A stretch of 64,000 nucleotides of DNA from Patescibacteria group bacterium (GTDB lineage Bacteria; Patescibacteriota; Patescibacteriia; UBA9934; GWF2-40-263). Location of the stretch: NCBI GenBank assembly GCA_018814025.1, contig JAHJAM010000023.1:1896-65895 (forward strand), given 5' to 3'. This document shows, in pieces, positions 16,865 to 26,612 of the stretch. The number at the start of each line of letters is the position of its first letter. Within the stretch, counting starts at the first letter, position 1. A program made the translations under genes and the position numbers. The notes under the pieces are model-generated. The model was not told the DNA's origin. It saw nothing but the letters and a program-made list of their open reading frames with translations, and did not search any database.

Positions 16865-16879
16865 AATATTTAAGCTGAA

Positions 16880-18085
16880 TTAAGCCAAAATCTCCTGATC
16901 AATACCCTGCCAATTCATCACTTTCGCCAAATCCCCGGTTCTTTGGTCAATCACCTTTGTCAGCGGTACTCGATCGCTGTTGCGCCCCATCACCACCGCC
17001 CCCACTAATTTGTTATCCCTCATCAACATTAATGTTGGACCATGCTCGTCTCCTTTTCTCACCAAAACCTTGTCCGCAGCTGCTAGTTCTACATCACCCA
17101 CAAAAGTAATATCCAATCCCAAAATCTCCATTGCATAACTTGGCACTTGTTGATATTCACTCCGCTCACCTGCCATAGACTTCGCCACCACTCGTCCTTG
17201 GCTCATGGCTTTTTGCCAATTGCCAAACATAATGTGCCGATTGGCGACTACGTCAAAATATTCCGCCACATCCCCAACCGCCCAGACGTCTTCAACATTG
17301 GTTTCTAAAAACTCATTCACTTTCACTCCGCGATCAACTTCAATCTCTGCATCCTTAATCCAACCCAAATCACTCTGGACCCCAATTCCAATTCCCAAAA
17401 TATCACACTCAACTTTTTGATTTTCCAGTTTCATTCCCTCTAATTCCTTTTCACCTTCGACTCCTAAAAATTTTTGTTCAGTCAAAATTTTCACACCTTG
17501 CTGGCGCAAATGTTCATTTAAAAATTCACCGGCTTCTTCATTCAAATTCTTGCTCCAAAAGTGTTGGCCGCGCAAAGCGATGGTGGTCGGCAATTCATGA
17601 GCAACAAATAGGTTCAAGTATTCGCAAGCGATTAAACCGCCGCCCCAAACCGCGGCCGGGTCGCCTTTTTTTCGCTCATTTAACAACTGTTTTAAGTGAT
17701 CCGCATCATCCAAACTCCGCAAATAAGAGACTCCACGCACATCTCCATCCACCACTCTTGGTTCATTTCCCGAAGCAATTAACAATTTATCATAAGGCAA
17801 CTCACGCCCATCAGAGAGTTCCACAAACTTATTTTTGGTATCACATTTCACTACTTCCACCCCACGCAACCATTCAATATTTTTCTCTTCATACCAACTT
17901 TCCTTTTTCAAAAACACCCGTTCGCGTTCTACTAAACCTTTTAAGTAATGCGGCAACAACACCCGCGAATATAACGGATGTTGTTCTTGGCTGATTAAAA
18001 TAATCTCACCGTCTGAATCAAGTTTTCGCAGTTCTTCGGCCGCTGTTGTACCAGCCACGCCTCCGCCCACGATTACGTACTTCAT
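16880..18085 (-). CDS. FAD-dependent pyridine nucleotide-disulfide oxidoreductase (ferredoxin/rubredoxin-reductase or NADH-oxidase-like)
   Basis: MKYVIVGGGVAGTTAAEEL Rossmann GxGxxG at the N-terminus; a second NAD-binding motif (GGGLIACE); about 400 aa. Confidence 0.7.
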   Translation of the reverse strand: MKYVIVGGGVAGTTAAEELRKLDSDGEIILISQEQHPLYSRVLLPHYLKGLVERERVFLKKESWYEEKNIEWLRGVEVVKCDTKNKFVELSDGRELPYDKLLIASGNEPRVVDGDVRGVSYLRSLDDADHLKQLLNERKKGDPAAVWGGGLIACEYLNLFVAHELPTTIALRGQHFWSKNLNEEAGEFLNEHLRQQGVKILTEQKFLGVEGEKELEGMKLENQKVECDILGIGIGVQSDLGWIKDAEIEVDRGVKVNEFLETNVEDVWAVGDVAEYFDVVANRHIMFGNWQKAMSQGRVVAKSMAGERSEYQQVPSYAMEILGLDITFVGDVELAAADKVLVRKGDEHGPTLMLMRDNKLVGAVVMGRNSDRVPLTKVIDQRTGDLAKVMNWQGIDQEILA

Positions 18086-18086
18086 A

Positions 18087-18353
18087 TTATAATTCTGGAA
18101 AAATTTGCTTGCCCTCTTCATTGTAAATAAATACTGCCAAAGTCGGACAAGACTGTGCGCCTAAAAGTATATTTTCCTTTTCTTCTTCACTCACTTCAAT
18201 CACTCGTTCATATTTGTTTCCCTCCGGACTTTGGCCGTGATCCAAAACCCAAGCTTTGTTCTCTTCATTAAGTTGAAAAGTCTCCGGCGCAATGGTCACG
18301 CATGAGGCCGCTCCAATACACAGTTCCGGATCGACTTTGATGGTTATCTTCAT
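18087..18353 (-). CDS. small ferredoxin (4Fe-4S / 3Fe-4S single-cluster type)
   Basis: CIGAASC...C..CP cysteine pattern within 88 aa; the stop abuts the oxidoreductase start. Confidence 0.55.
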   Translation of the reverse strand: MKITIKVDPELCIGAASCVTIAPETFQLNEENKAWVLDHGQSPEGNKYERVIEVSEEEKENILLGAQSCPTLAVFIYNEEGKQIFPEL

Positions 18354-18357
18354 AAAA

Positions 18358-18876
18358 TTATTTGTTACATTGATCTTTAAATGGACAAAAGAATTGCTCC
18401 TTTGGAGTTATTTTATCATTTTTACCCTGGCGTTCGTAATAATCATTCACCGCCGCCCGCAAAGCTTGATCCCCCAAAACGCTGCAATGAATCTTGCGCG
18501 CCGGCAAGCCCGAAAGCCGTTCAATGATATCCTGTGGCTTGAGTTTTTGGGCTTTATCTAGCGACATTCCGCCCTTCTCCATCACCATTTCCGAAAGCAT
18601 GGAAGTCGCGGCAATGGCGCTGGCGCAGCCAAAAGTTCGCCACTTGAATTCGGTAATCTTTTCCCCTTTTGGATCAACCTTGATCCAAACATGCATTTTG
18701 TCTCCGCAAGCCGGCGACCCGACCTGGCCCTCTCCATCGTATTCCCCTTCTTTGGGATCGGCTTTTAAAAAATTTCTGGGATTGAAAAAGTGATCTTTCA
18801 CCGTTTCCGAATAAAACCAAGATTGAGCCTGATCCGGACTTTCCACGTCTGTCAGTTTTTGTTCTTCATCAGCCAT
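18358..18876 (-). CDS. Fe-S cluster assembly scaffold NifU/IscU-like with a Cys-containing C-terminal extension
   Basis: Conserved Cys in GSPACGD, GCASAIA and HCS, as in IscU/NifU N-terminal domains. Confidence 0.7.
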   Translation of the reverse strand: MADEEQKLTDVESPDQAQSWFYSETVKDHFFNPRNFLKADPKEGEYDGEGQVGSPACGDKMHVWIKVDPKGEKITEFKWRTFGCASAIAATSMLSEMVMEKGGMSLDKAQKLKPQDIIERLSGLPARKIHCSVLGDQALRAAVNDYYERQGKNDKITPKEQFFCPFKDQCNK

Positions 18877-18877
18877 A

Positions 18878-20059
18878 TTATTTTGATAAATTCACTGGCG
18901 ATATCTCGCGGAGTTTTTCCACTAAAGGCGGCAATTTCTCCAGCACATAATTAATGTCTGCTTCGGTGGTCGAACGCCCCAAGGAAAATCGCAATGATCC
19001 GTGAGCTTCTTCAAATGGCCGGCCCGTGGCCACGATGACGTGCGAAGGATCAAGCGACGCGCTCGTGCAAGCCGAACCGGTCGAAGCGTAAATCCCTTGC
19101 GCATCCAAATATAAAACCAAAGCTTCGCCTTCGATATCCAAAAATGAAAGATTAACATTGTTGGGCAAGCGCTTGATTGCGTGTCCATTTATATAAGTCT
19201 TCGGCACTCGCTTTTGAATGCCCGCCATCAACTGGTCGCGCAGTTTAACCAGTCTGGCCGATTCCTTCTGTTTATTTTTTTGAGCGATTTCCAAGGCTTT
19301 GGCCATGCCCACGAATCCGGCCACGTTTTCCGTACCCGGCCGCAAGCCTTTTTGCTGATGCCCGCCGTGCATAATCGGTTTGATTTTCGTGCCTTTTCGA
19401 ATGTACAAAACCCCGACTCCTTTCGGCCCGTAAATCTTGCCCCCGTTTAAAGTCATCAAATCCACATGCAATTTTTCCACGGACAAATCCAAATATTCCG
19501 GCGCCTGGCAAGCATCCGTGTGAAAAACCGGCCGCGCCTTTTCGCCCCGCAGTTTCACGATTGCCTTGCCGATTTCAGCGATCGGCAAAATCGTGCCAAT
19601 CTCGTTGTTGGCGTACATGATCGAAACTAAAATCGTGTTCGGACGCATCGCGGCCATGACCTGTTCGGCAGTGATTAAACCGTCCGCATCCGGGGTCAGA
19701 TAAGTTACCTCAAATCCTTGCTCTCTTTCCAAATATTGAATGGTTTCCAAAACCGCGTGATGTTCAAACTTGGTGGTGATGATGTGCTTGCCCTGATCTT
19801 GATTGGCCCAAGCCGCGCCCAGGATGGCCAGATTGTCCGACTCGGTCCCGCCGGAAGTAAAAATAATTTCCGAAGCCCTGGCCTCCAAAATCTTCGCCAC
19901 GGTTTCACGCGCTTGATCCATGGCGTCTTTGCCTTTTTTCCCCGGCGTATGAAAACTCGAAGGATTGCCAAAATCCTCAGTCAAATAGGGTTTCATGGCC
20001 TCAAACACCTGTAAATCTAAAGGTGAAGTGGCCGCGTGATCAAGATAAACTTCTTTCAT
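18878..20059 (-). CDS. cysteine desulfurase (NifS/IscS, class V aminotransferase)
   Basis: MKEVYLDHAATSP...; PLP-lysine region; about 390 aa; immediately upstream of the scaffold gene. Confidence 0.8.
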   Translation of the reverse strand: MKEVYLDHAATSPLDLQVFEAMKPYLTEDFGNPSSFHTPGKKGKDAMDQARETVAKILEARASEIIFTSGGTESDNLAILGAAWANQDQGKHIITTKFEHHAVLETIQYLEREQGFEVTYLTPDADGLITAEQVMAAMRPNTILVSIMYANNEIGTILPIAEIGKAIVKLRGEKARPVFHTDACQAPEYLDLSVEKLHVDLMTLNGGKIYGPKGVGVLYIRKGTKIKPIMHGGHQQKGLRPGTENVAGFVGMAKALEIAQKNKQKESARLVKLRDQLMAGIQKRVPKTYINGHAIKRLPNNVNLSFLDIEGEALVLYLDAQGIYASTGSACTSASLDPSHVIVATGRPFEEAHGSLRFSLGRSTTEADINYVLEKLPPLVEKLREISPVNLSK

Positions 20060-20127
20060 AGTTCACGAATCTTAACAAAAAAACCCTTGCTCGGCAAGGG
20101 ATCGGCCAACTTTAATCATTCGCGTCA

Positions 20128-20709
20128 TTACGGCAAATCGACTCCAAAATAATAGCTGACTAAGCGCCCGACGCCATAACCCAGCATGGCCGCCCCCAAA
20201 GAAATCCCGGCCATTTCCAATCCGCTTTTCACTCGCGAACGTTTTGTGTATTTCGCGCTCCAAACCCCAAGCAGATACAGCACCGCCACCGTGGCCAGAA
20301 TCGATGGCAAATAAGAATCTTTAATCGGCAATAAAAAATACGGCAGTAAAGGCACGAAACCGCCCGCAAAATAACACACCCCCATTACCAATCCGGCTCG
20401 AATCGGCTGAACCAAAACATGTTCGCAATCTTTGTGTTTGTTATTCAAGGCCGAGGTTTGAGCCGCCGCGTAAGATTTTGACGACAAATAACTACCCGCG
20501 GCCATTGAAGACGCTTCCACCGCGATTAAAGTTAATCCAGCCAAAATCACCATGTAAGTATTCTGCGCCCCGGCCGCGATCCCGGTTACCGCTCCCAAAG
20601 TCGAAACTAAACTGTCTTCCAAACCGAAAACAATCTCGCGAATATTGCTGACAATTGCCTTTGGTCTGATCTTTAAAAACATATTAAAACAATTATACCA
20701 TTCTTTCAC
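20128..20709 (-). CDS. VIT1/CCC1-family iron/manganese transporter
   Basis: FGLEDSLVSTLGAVTGIA...EASSMAAGSYLS matches the VIT family motifs; 5 TM helices. Confidence 0.6.
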   Translation of the reverse strand: MKEWYNCFNMFLKIRPKAIVSNIREIVFGLEDSLVSTLGAVTGIAAGAQNTYMVILAGLTLIAVEASSMAAGSYLSSKSYAAAQTSALNNKHKDCEHVLVQPIRAGLVMGVCYFAGGFVPLLPYFLLPIKDSYLPSILATVAVLYLLGVWSAKYTKRSRVKSGLEMAGISLGAAMLGYGVGRLVSYYFGVDLP

Positions 20710-20759
20710 TCATGCTATACTGTAAAGGCATTAACATTCTATCCCCACTTTAATCCCCT

Positions 20760-21209
20760 ATGCACATTCCGCAGGAATACGGACAATTTGCCGAACCGAC
20801 CATGATCGTGGCCACTGACAGCCAGCAAGCGCGGCTCTTTCTGGCTCGGCAAAACCTCGTGGAGGAAGTCGGGGTGGTTGAAAGCCATTATCCGCCTAAG
20901 GATGATATGGAACGCACTTCCGGACAATCCCCCAGTGGCGATCACTTCGCTGAACAAAACGAATCCACCAAGACCATCTCGCGCGAAAAGCTTTATCAAG
21001 CGTTATCTGAAGAATTAATGAACCGCTTTCATCGCCAAGAGTTCTCCAGTCTAATTTTGGCCGCGCCTGAGGAACATTTAAACGAATTGCGCGATTCGCT
21101 TCATCTGGATTTGATCAAACGAACTCAGGCGTTCATCCCCAAACTTCTGACTTCCGAAGATTTGCTCGACATTATCATCCACGCCCAAGATGCATTAGCT
21201 GAAAACTAA
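20760..21209 (+). CDS. Host_attach-family protein (release-factor-like fold; 'protein required for attachment to host cells' family)
   Basis: MIVATDSQQARLFL...LILAAPEEHLNELRDSLH...IPKLLTSEDL resembles the Host_attach/baeRF-like family as I recall it. Confidence 0.4.
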   Translation: MHIPQEYGQFAEPTMIVATDSQQARLFLARQNLVEEVGVVESHYPPKDDMERTSGQSPSGDHFAEQNESTKTISREKLYQALSEELMNRFHRQEFSSLILAAPEEHLNELRDSLHLDLIKRTQAFIPKLLTSEDLLDIIIHAQDALAEN

Positions 21210-21218
21210 ACTCAAATC

Positions 21219-21252
21219 AAAAACACCCCGGTTGAGCCGAGGTGTTTTTATT
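21219..21252. terminator. bidirectional intrinsic terminator
   Basis: AAAAACACCCCGGTTGAGCCGAGGTGTTTTTATTT. Confidence 0.65.
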
Positions 21253-21259
21253 TCTGCCG

Positions 21260-24200
21260 CTATTGGACGGCCGGCGCCTCAGCGAAAGGATTCAAGACCG
21301 GCAAATCAATTTCTCCTTCTTCGCCCGTACCCGCTTCGCTCGCCGCTACCGCTGCTTTAGCCACCACATGAACTACAATGCCGGCTGTTTCCAATTGTCC
21401 GCCGTTTTTTTCTTCCGCCACTGCCCGCAAAGCCCAGTCGCCCGAAGACGGCAAACCCCAAGTGAAAGTCAAAAATGGTGACTCGGGATTAATTTTCGCG
21501 GCCACGCTTTGCTGATCCCCAAGACCGATTGGTTGGGCCAACACTGTTACCAAACGATACTTGGTCGGCTGATCGATTGAGACCACCACGTCAAACTCAT
21601 TCTGTCCCTCCGACCACTCAATGGTTTGGCCATTCTTGGGATCAATAATTTCGAACCCGCTGGCCGCGGCCTCGCTCATAATCCGCAGACCCTCGGTATC
21701 GGACCCGCTATTGCCCACATCATCATAAGCCACCACTTTCAAAGTGTGGTAGCCCCGCTCCACCGTATTGGGTATAATCGCCTGCAAGTTGTAGGGAAAA
21801 TATTGATCATATCCCAGGAAAAAACCGTCCAGATAAAATTCCACTCGAGCCACGCCGCGCGCCGCTTCCGCTTCCACTTCAATCATCACCCCTCGATCGT
21901 TAATGTCTGTGTTATCGCGCGGACTGTTAATCTGCACGGATGGAAAATTCTCCGGCACATGCACGTCATCAAACTCAGTCGGCGCTTCGGCTCGCATGAT
22001 TTCCACCCCGGTCTCTTCTTGTTTCTTTTGAATCCAGATTTCAATGGCTGCTTCCCAGTTTTTATAATATGGATCCTGATCCGGCTTGCCGGGTGCGGCC
22101 CCCAAAACATCGCTCCGATCCACGTAATGCAATAAGGAGTGATATTGCGCGAATAGTTTTTCTTCCTTGTATTGCGGTGGCGTGTATTCGGTGGCTAATT
22201 TTCCCGTAATCTTATCAACCGTTACTTGTTTTTGCTCCAACTGTCCGTCTAAAACCGCTTTTCCCGTGATTGGAATATTTGGAGCGGTAAATGATTCCAC
22301 GGCCTCGCCTTCCAAAGCTTTGCGCATGAATGAATTCCAAATCGGTCCGGCCACGGTTGAGCCGCCCGCGCCTCGGTGCATTTCTGCATTGTCATTATTG
22401 CCGCCCCAGACCCCGGCCGCCAAAGACGGCGTATAGCCCACGGTCCAAGCGTCATGATAATCATTGGTCGTGCCGGTTTTGGCCGCCACTGGCCGCCCGC
22501 CCAAAGTCAGCGGGCTATTGCTGCCAAAAAACGGAGTTCTGGCCGCATTATCCGACAAAACATTAGTCATCATGCGAGCCACGTTCTCGTCCATGACTTT
22601 ATATCCGCTCGTTTCTTTCCACTCTCGCAGCACTTGTCCCTCGGCATCTTCCACTTTCAAAATGACCACCGGGTCATAATGAACTCCCTCATTGGCAAAC
22701 GCGGCAAAAGCGTTGACGTGTTCCAAAAGTTTCACTTCTCCGCCACCCAAAACAATTGCCAAACCGAATCGGGACCGATCGGCAAAAGACGTGTAACCCA
22801 GGTCTTCCGCAAAGCCCAAGGCATTTTCCACCCCGACCATATACAGCATTTTTACCGCCGGGATATTCAAAGAGCCTTGGATGGCATCGCGCACCCGAAT
22901 TGGGCCTCTTTCTTTCAAATCATAATTGTTCGGCGAATAGTTGCCCGTAGCCGTGGGGAAATCCGTCTTCACATCCCAAAGCACCGTATTGGGCGTATAA
23001 CCCATATCAAAAGCCTTGGCGTAAACGATCGGTTTGATGCTTGAACCCGGCTGGCGCAAGCGGGTGGAAACATTAACCATGCCGTCAATCTCATCATCAA
23101 AATAATCCTTACTGCCCACCATAGCTAAAATCTGGCCGTTTTTCGGATCAATTGCCACCAAGGAAGCATTGTTGAAACCCAAAGCTTCGCCATTGGCTTC
23201 CACTCCTTCCCAAACCGCCTCTTCCGCGGCTTCTTGTTTTTCAAAATCTATGGTCGTAATCACTTTTAATCCGCCATCCTCAACCATGCGCTGCCCATAT
23301 TCTTCCTCCAGCATTTCTTTAACGTAAAAAACGAAATGCGGCGCTTTAATATTTGTCACGCTGACTTCAACCGGCGTGATCTCGGCTTTGGCTTTATCTG
23401 CCTCCTCCCGGCTGATAAATTCCAAATCAACCATCCCATCCAAAATCCAGTTTCGACGCGTCTCCAGGCTTTCCTGGTCATTCAGATAAGCCGTTGGCGC
23501 CTGTGGCAAAGCCGCTAAGGTCGCGGCTTCAGCCAAAGTTAGCTGATCCACTGTTTTTCCAAAATAATTTTGCGCCGCGGCCTGAACGCCATAATAAGTT
23601 GATCCGTAAGGAATCTCATTGAAATAAATTTGCAGAATTTCGTCCTTGGAATAGCGCCGTTCCAACTCCAAGGAGATAAGTAATTCCTTGATCTTTCTGA
23701 TCACGGTTCGCTCCGGTGACAAAATCGCATTCTTCACCAACTGCTGAGTCAGAGTCGATCCACCACCCTTTTTGCCCCGATAGACCACCGCCCGCAGCAA
23801 ACCCGTAAAACTAAAACCGTGATGAGAACAAAATTTTCGATCCTCGGCCGCAATTGTAGCTTGGAGCACGAAAAGCGGGATGCCGTTTAAATCCTTCTCC
23901 ATTTGATCGTCATCGTTGCAAAACCCTTCTTGAATTTTTACTAAAGTCCGATTTTCATCTCCGAAAATTTCATAAAGCAAATGCTCGCCGGTTCGGTCAT
24001 AAATTTTCGTACTCTGGCTGATCGACCGTTCGGTCAAAGAATTGGGATCCGGCAAATCTCGACTGATGAAAGCAAACAACCCGAGCAAAAACAATGAGCC
24101 TGCCACCCCCAAAACCACGGCCAGCAAGATTAAGTTCTTCATAATCTCTCTGGGCTGCCAGCCGCCGCTGTGATGATATGTTGTATTTGATCGGACCGTG

Positions 24201-24313
24201 CTCTTTTTCCAACCGTGTCCTTGAGAATATTTTTTACCCATATTGTCTTTAGAATAGCCTAAATCTACCATTTTTCCAAGCCTTAATTTCCTTTGAATAC
24301 CATTTCGACTCAT
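21260..24313 (-). CDS. penicillin-binding protein 1A (bifunctional GT51 transglycosylase / transpeptidase) with a long C-terminal Ig-like extension
   Basis: GT51 motif IAAEDRKFCSHHGFSF; transpeptidase motifs SSIKP, SLN and KTGT; N-terminal TM helix; the start may be internal (MKNLILLAV...). Confidence 0.8.
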   Translation of the reverse strand: MSRNGIQRKLRLGKMVDLGYSKDNMGKKYSQGHGWKKSTVRSNTTYHHSGGWQPREIMKNLILLAVVLGVAGSLFLLGLFAFISRDLPDPNSLTERSISQSTKIYDRTGEHLLYEIFGDENRTLVKIQEGFCNDDDQMEKDLNGIPLFVLQATIAAEDRKFCSHHGFSFTGLLRAVVYRGKKGGGSTLTQQLVKNAILSPERTVIRKIKELLISLELERRYSKDEILQIYFNEIPYGSTYYGVQAAAQNYFGKTVDQLTLAEAATLAALPQAPTAYLNDQESLETRRNWILDGMVDLEFISREEADKAKAEITPVEVSVTNIKAPHFVFYVKEMLEEEYGQRMVEDGGLKVITTIDFEKQEAAEEAVWEGVEANGEALGFNNASLVAIDPKNGQILAMVGSKDYFDDEIDGMVNVSTRLRQPGSSIKPIVYAKAFDMGYTPNTVLWDVKTDFPTATGNYSPNNYDLKERGPIRVRDAIQGSLNIPAVKMLYMVGVENALGFAEDLGYTSFADRSRFGLAIVLGGGEVKLLEHVNAFAAFANEGVHYDPVVILKVEDAEGQVLREWKETSGYKVMDENVARMMTNVLSDNAARTPFFGSNSPLTLGGRPVAAKTGTTNDYHDAWTVGYTPSLAAGVWGGNNDNAEMHRGAGGSTVAGPIWNSFMRKALEGEAVESFTAPNIPITGKAVLDGQLEQKQVTVDKITGKLATEYTPPQYKEEKLFAQYHSLLHYVDRSDVLGAAPGKPDQDPYYKNWEAAIEIWIQKKQEETGVEIMRAEAPTEFDDVHVPENFPSVQINSPRDNTDINDRGVMIEVEAEAARGVARVEFYLDGFFLGYDQYFPYNLQAIIPNTVERGYHTLKVVAYDDVGNSGSDTEGLRIMSEAAASGFEIIDPKNGQTIEWSEGQNEFDVVVSIDQPTKYRLVTVLAQPIGLGDQQSVAAKINPESPFLTFTWGLPSSGDWALRAVAEEKNGGQLETAGIVVHVVAKAAVAASEAGTGEEGEIDLPVLNPFAEAPAVQ

Positions 24314-24480
24314 GGAACAGTAAAAGTATGAAATTCGTTATTACTTTGCTGTTCAAACTCTGAATCGTCAAATTGCCAGCGTGGATATCTGGGATTGACG
24401 ATTCTCCATTTTTCTGATAACATGCTTCCAGCTCCCAAAGGGGGGCTTTTCTTATTTCCGGGAGGCTTAATTGTATCCCT

Positions 24481-25020
24481 ATGGCCGCAAGCAAAAAACA
24501 ATTCACCCCACAAACCATCCTCTCGGCTTGCCGCCGTCATTTTGTGGACTTTAGTTTTGTCATCTTGGCCGGCATCTTAGCCTTCAATGTGATTTTTGCG
24601 ACAGCCGTCAGTGCTGACAGCAATCAAGCCGCCCAATTCCCCAAAAAAGAAACCGTGGCCATGATGGTTGAAGCCATGCAAAATCAAACCACCGGTTACG
24701 GTTCTTTGCCTGAAGCCGGGGTGGGCCAACCGCGCTGGAGCATCACTGTTCCGGTTACCGCCTACTCTTCCGAACCCTGGCAAACCGATGACACCCCCTT
24801 CATCACCGCTTCCGGCACCCATGTCCGCGACGGCATTGTGGCCGCCAACTTTCTTCCGATCGGCACCCAAGTTCGCATCCCCGAAGTCTATGGTGATAAA
24901 GTCTTTGTGGTTGAAGATCGCATGAACCCCCGTTACTACTACCACCTGGATATTTGGATGTCCCAAACGCCTGAAGCCAAAAACTTTGGACGCAAACACT
25001 TAAAAATTGAGGTATTTTAA
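24481..25020 (+). CDS. 3D-domain (MltA-like) membrane-anchored protein
   Basis: TM anchor; C-terminal TAYSSEPWQTDDTPFITASGTHVRDGIVAANFLPIGTQVRIP...HLDIWM fits the 3D domain. Confidence 0.55.
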   Translation: MAASKKQFTPQTILSACRRHFVDFSFVILAGILAFNVIFATAVSADSNQAAQFPKKETVAMMVEAMQNQTTGYGSLPEAGVGQPRWSITVPVTAYSSEPWQTDDTPFITASGTHVRDGIVAANFLPIGTQVRIPEVYGDKVFVVEDRMNPRYYYHLDIWMSQTPEAKNFGRKHLKIEVF

Positions 25021-25073
25021 GCTAAAGAATTGATCAATCAGTTAATTTCTGTTACATTTTGACCAAGAATTCA

Positions 25074-25148
25074 GGCCACGTGGCGAAGTGGTAACGCAGC
25101 GGTCTGCAAAACCGCGATGCGCCGGTTCAAATCCGGCCGTGGCCTCCA
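25074..25148 (+). tRNA. tRNA-Cys (anticodon GCA)
   Basis: Acceptor GGCCACG/CGTGGCC; anticodon stem GCGGT/ACCGC with loop CTGCAAA; T-loop TTCAAAT; CCA is encoded. Confidence 0.8.
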
Positions 25149-25164
25149 AAATCATCTAATCATC

Positions 25165-25194
25165 AAAAACCCCCGCTTTTGCGGGGGTTTTAGT
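25165..25194. terminator. bidirectional intrinsic terminator (tRNA-Cys / dnaN)
   Basis: AAAAACCCCCGC-TTTT-GCGGGGGTTTT. Confidence 0.65.
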
Positions 25195-25202
25195 TTGAAA
25201 TT

Positions 25203-26336
25203 TTATTGTTTGATCGGCATCACGATGTAAAGATATTCCTTTTTTTCTTCTTTTGGGGTGATCAAACACGGATTTGACGGATCGATCATTTCAAATAATA
25301 TCTTCTCAGTTGAAATTGCATTCAGTCCATCCAGCAAATATCGATAATTAACCGTCACATTATTAACTTCTCCGGTAATTTCCGCCGTGCAAGTCGCCAC
25401 ATTCTCACCCCGGTTATTGTCCACGGCTCTGATTGAAAATTCGCCTTTACTTGGCGCAATTTCCAAGGTCACATCAAAAAGTCCGGTCTTTGAAAACAAA
25501 CTTGCCGCTTTCACCGCTTTAATAAAATCTTCACGGTCAATCATCACGGAAGTTCGATATTGTTTAGGGATAATTTGCCGATAATCAGGGTAATTTCCTT
25601 CAATTATACGTGAAATTAACTCCACCGAACCATAATTGAATACCACCTGATTTTCGGACAAATTCATCACTATCTCGCCTGGTGCATCAACCGAATCCTT
25701 GAAAACCGAAAGAATGCGGCCAACCTCAGATAAAGCTTTGGTTGGTACGATCACTTCCATATCCTCAAGCGGCGCCTTGGCTAATGGCAAGGTTCGCTCG
25801 GCCAGTCGATAAGAATCAGTCGCCGCCAAAACAACCTGTCCCCCGCCGTCTTTTGTAAACCGCATAAAAACCCCGGTTAACTCCGGTCGAGATTCATTCA
25901 AAGCCGAAGCGAATAAAACTTGCGTCAAAGCCCGGCGAAAATCATCTGCTTTAATTTGATATGACTTACTCGCTTCGACGGTTGGGATCAAAGGAAACTC
26001 TGAGGCTGATACGCCATTAATCCGCGTCTTATGATTTCCACACACCACCCTCATACCGTCATCCTTAATTTCCATCTCCACAGTTTCATTCGGCAGCAAA
26101 GAAACATAGTCTAAAAATAATTTTGTCGGAGTCGTATATTCGCCCGGCGCATCAACCTTTCCCCTTACGCTGCAGCTGATCGCCGTTTCCAAATTGGTCG
26201 TAGTAAAACGAATATTTCCGCCTTCTGCCTTGATCAAAACATTCTGCAACACCGGTAAATTAACTCCTTTGTTAATTAAATGTCCGGTAACCGACAAACC
26301 TTGATATAAGTTTTCCCTTGTACAAGAAATTTTCAT
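25203..26336 (-). CDS. dnaN: DNA polymerase III beta sliding clamp
   Basis: 377 aa, MKISCTRENLYQGLS..., three-domain clamp length, directly downstream of dnaA. Confidence 0.85.
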   Translation of the reverse strand: MKISCTRENLYQGLSVTGHLINKGVNLPVLQNVLIKAEGGNIRFTTTNLETAISCSVRGKVDAPGEYTTPTKLFLDYVSLLPNETVEMEIKDDGMRVVCGNHKTRINGVSASEFPLIPTVEASKSYQIKADDFRRALTQVLFASALNESRPELTGVFMRFTKDGGGQVVLAATDSYRLAERTLPLAKAPLEDMEVIVPTKALSEVGRILSVFKDSVDAPGEIVMNLSENQVVFNYGSVELISRIIEGNYPDYRQIIPKQYRTSVMIDREDFIKAVKAASLFSKTGLFDVTLEIAPSKGEFSIRAVDNNRGENVATCTAEITGEVNNVTVNYRYLLDGLNAISTEKILFEMIDPSNPCLITPKEEKKEYLYIVMPIKQ

Positions 26337-26612
26337 ATTCTTTCCTCCCGCTTTTTATTATAATTTTTTCTTTATATATAACAGTAGTAACAATAAGGTA
26401 TGTGGATGGTTTGGATAACTCATTTTAACCCTGATTTTACAGGCTGTTCTTATTACGCAGATGTGCGCTTCTTTGTGTGGTGAACCTGCTTAGAATGAGG
26501 ATACTTTACTCTTTGATTCTGAACACAATATTTATCTACAGTTACCAAGTGTTTGTTCCACAGCTTTATTCACAATCGAGAGTTCACTTTTCCACAGTCT
26601 GATCACAGAAAT
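26337..26612. promoter_or_regulatory. putative oriC segment (dnaA-dnaN intergenic) with a DnaA-box cluster and an AT-rich unwinding element
   Basis: Near-consensus boxes TTATCTACA (26532), TGTTCCACA (26553), TTATTCACA (26568), TTTTCCACA (26588) and TGTGGATGG (26401); AT-rich run 26350-26395. Confidence 0.55.
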
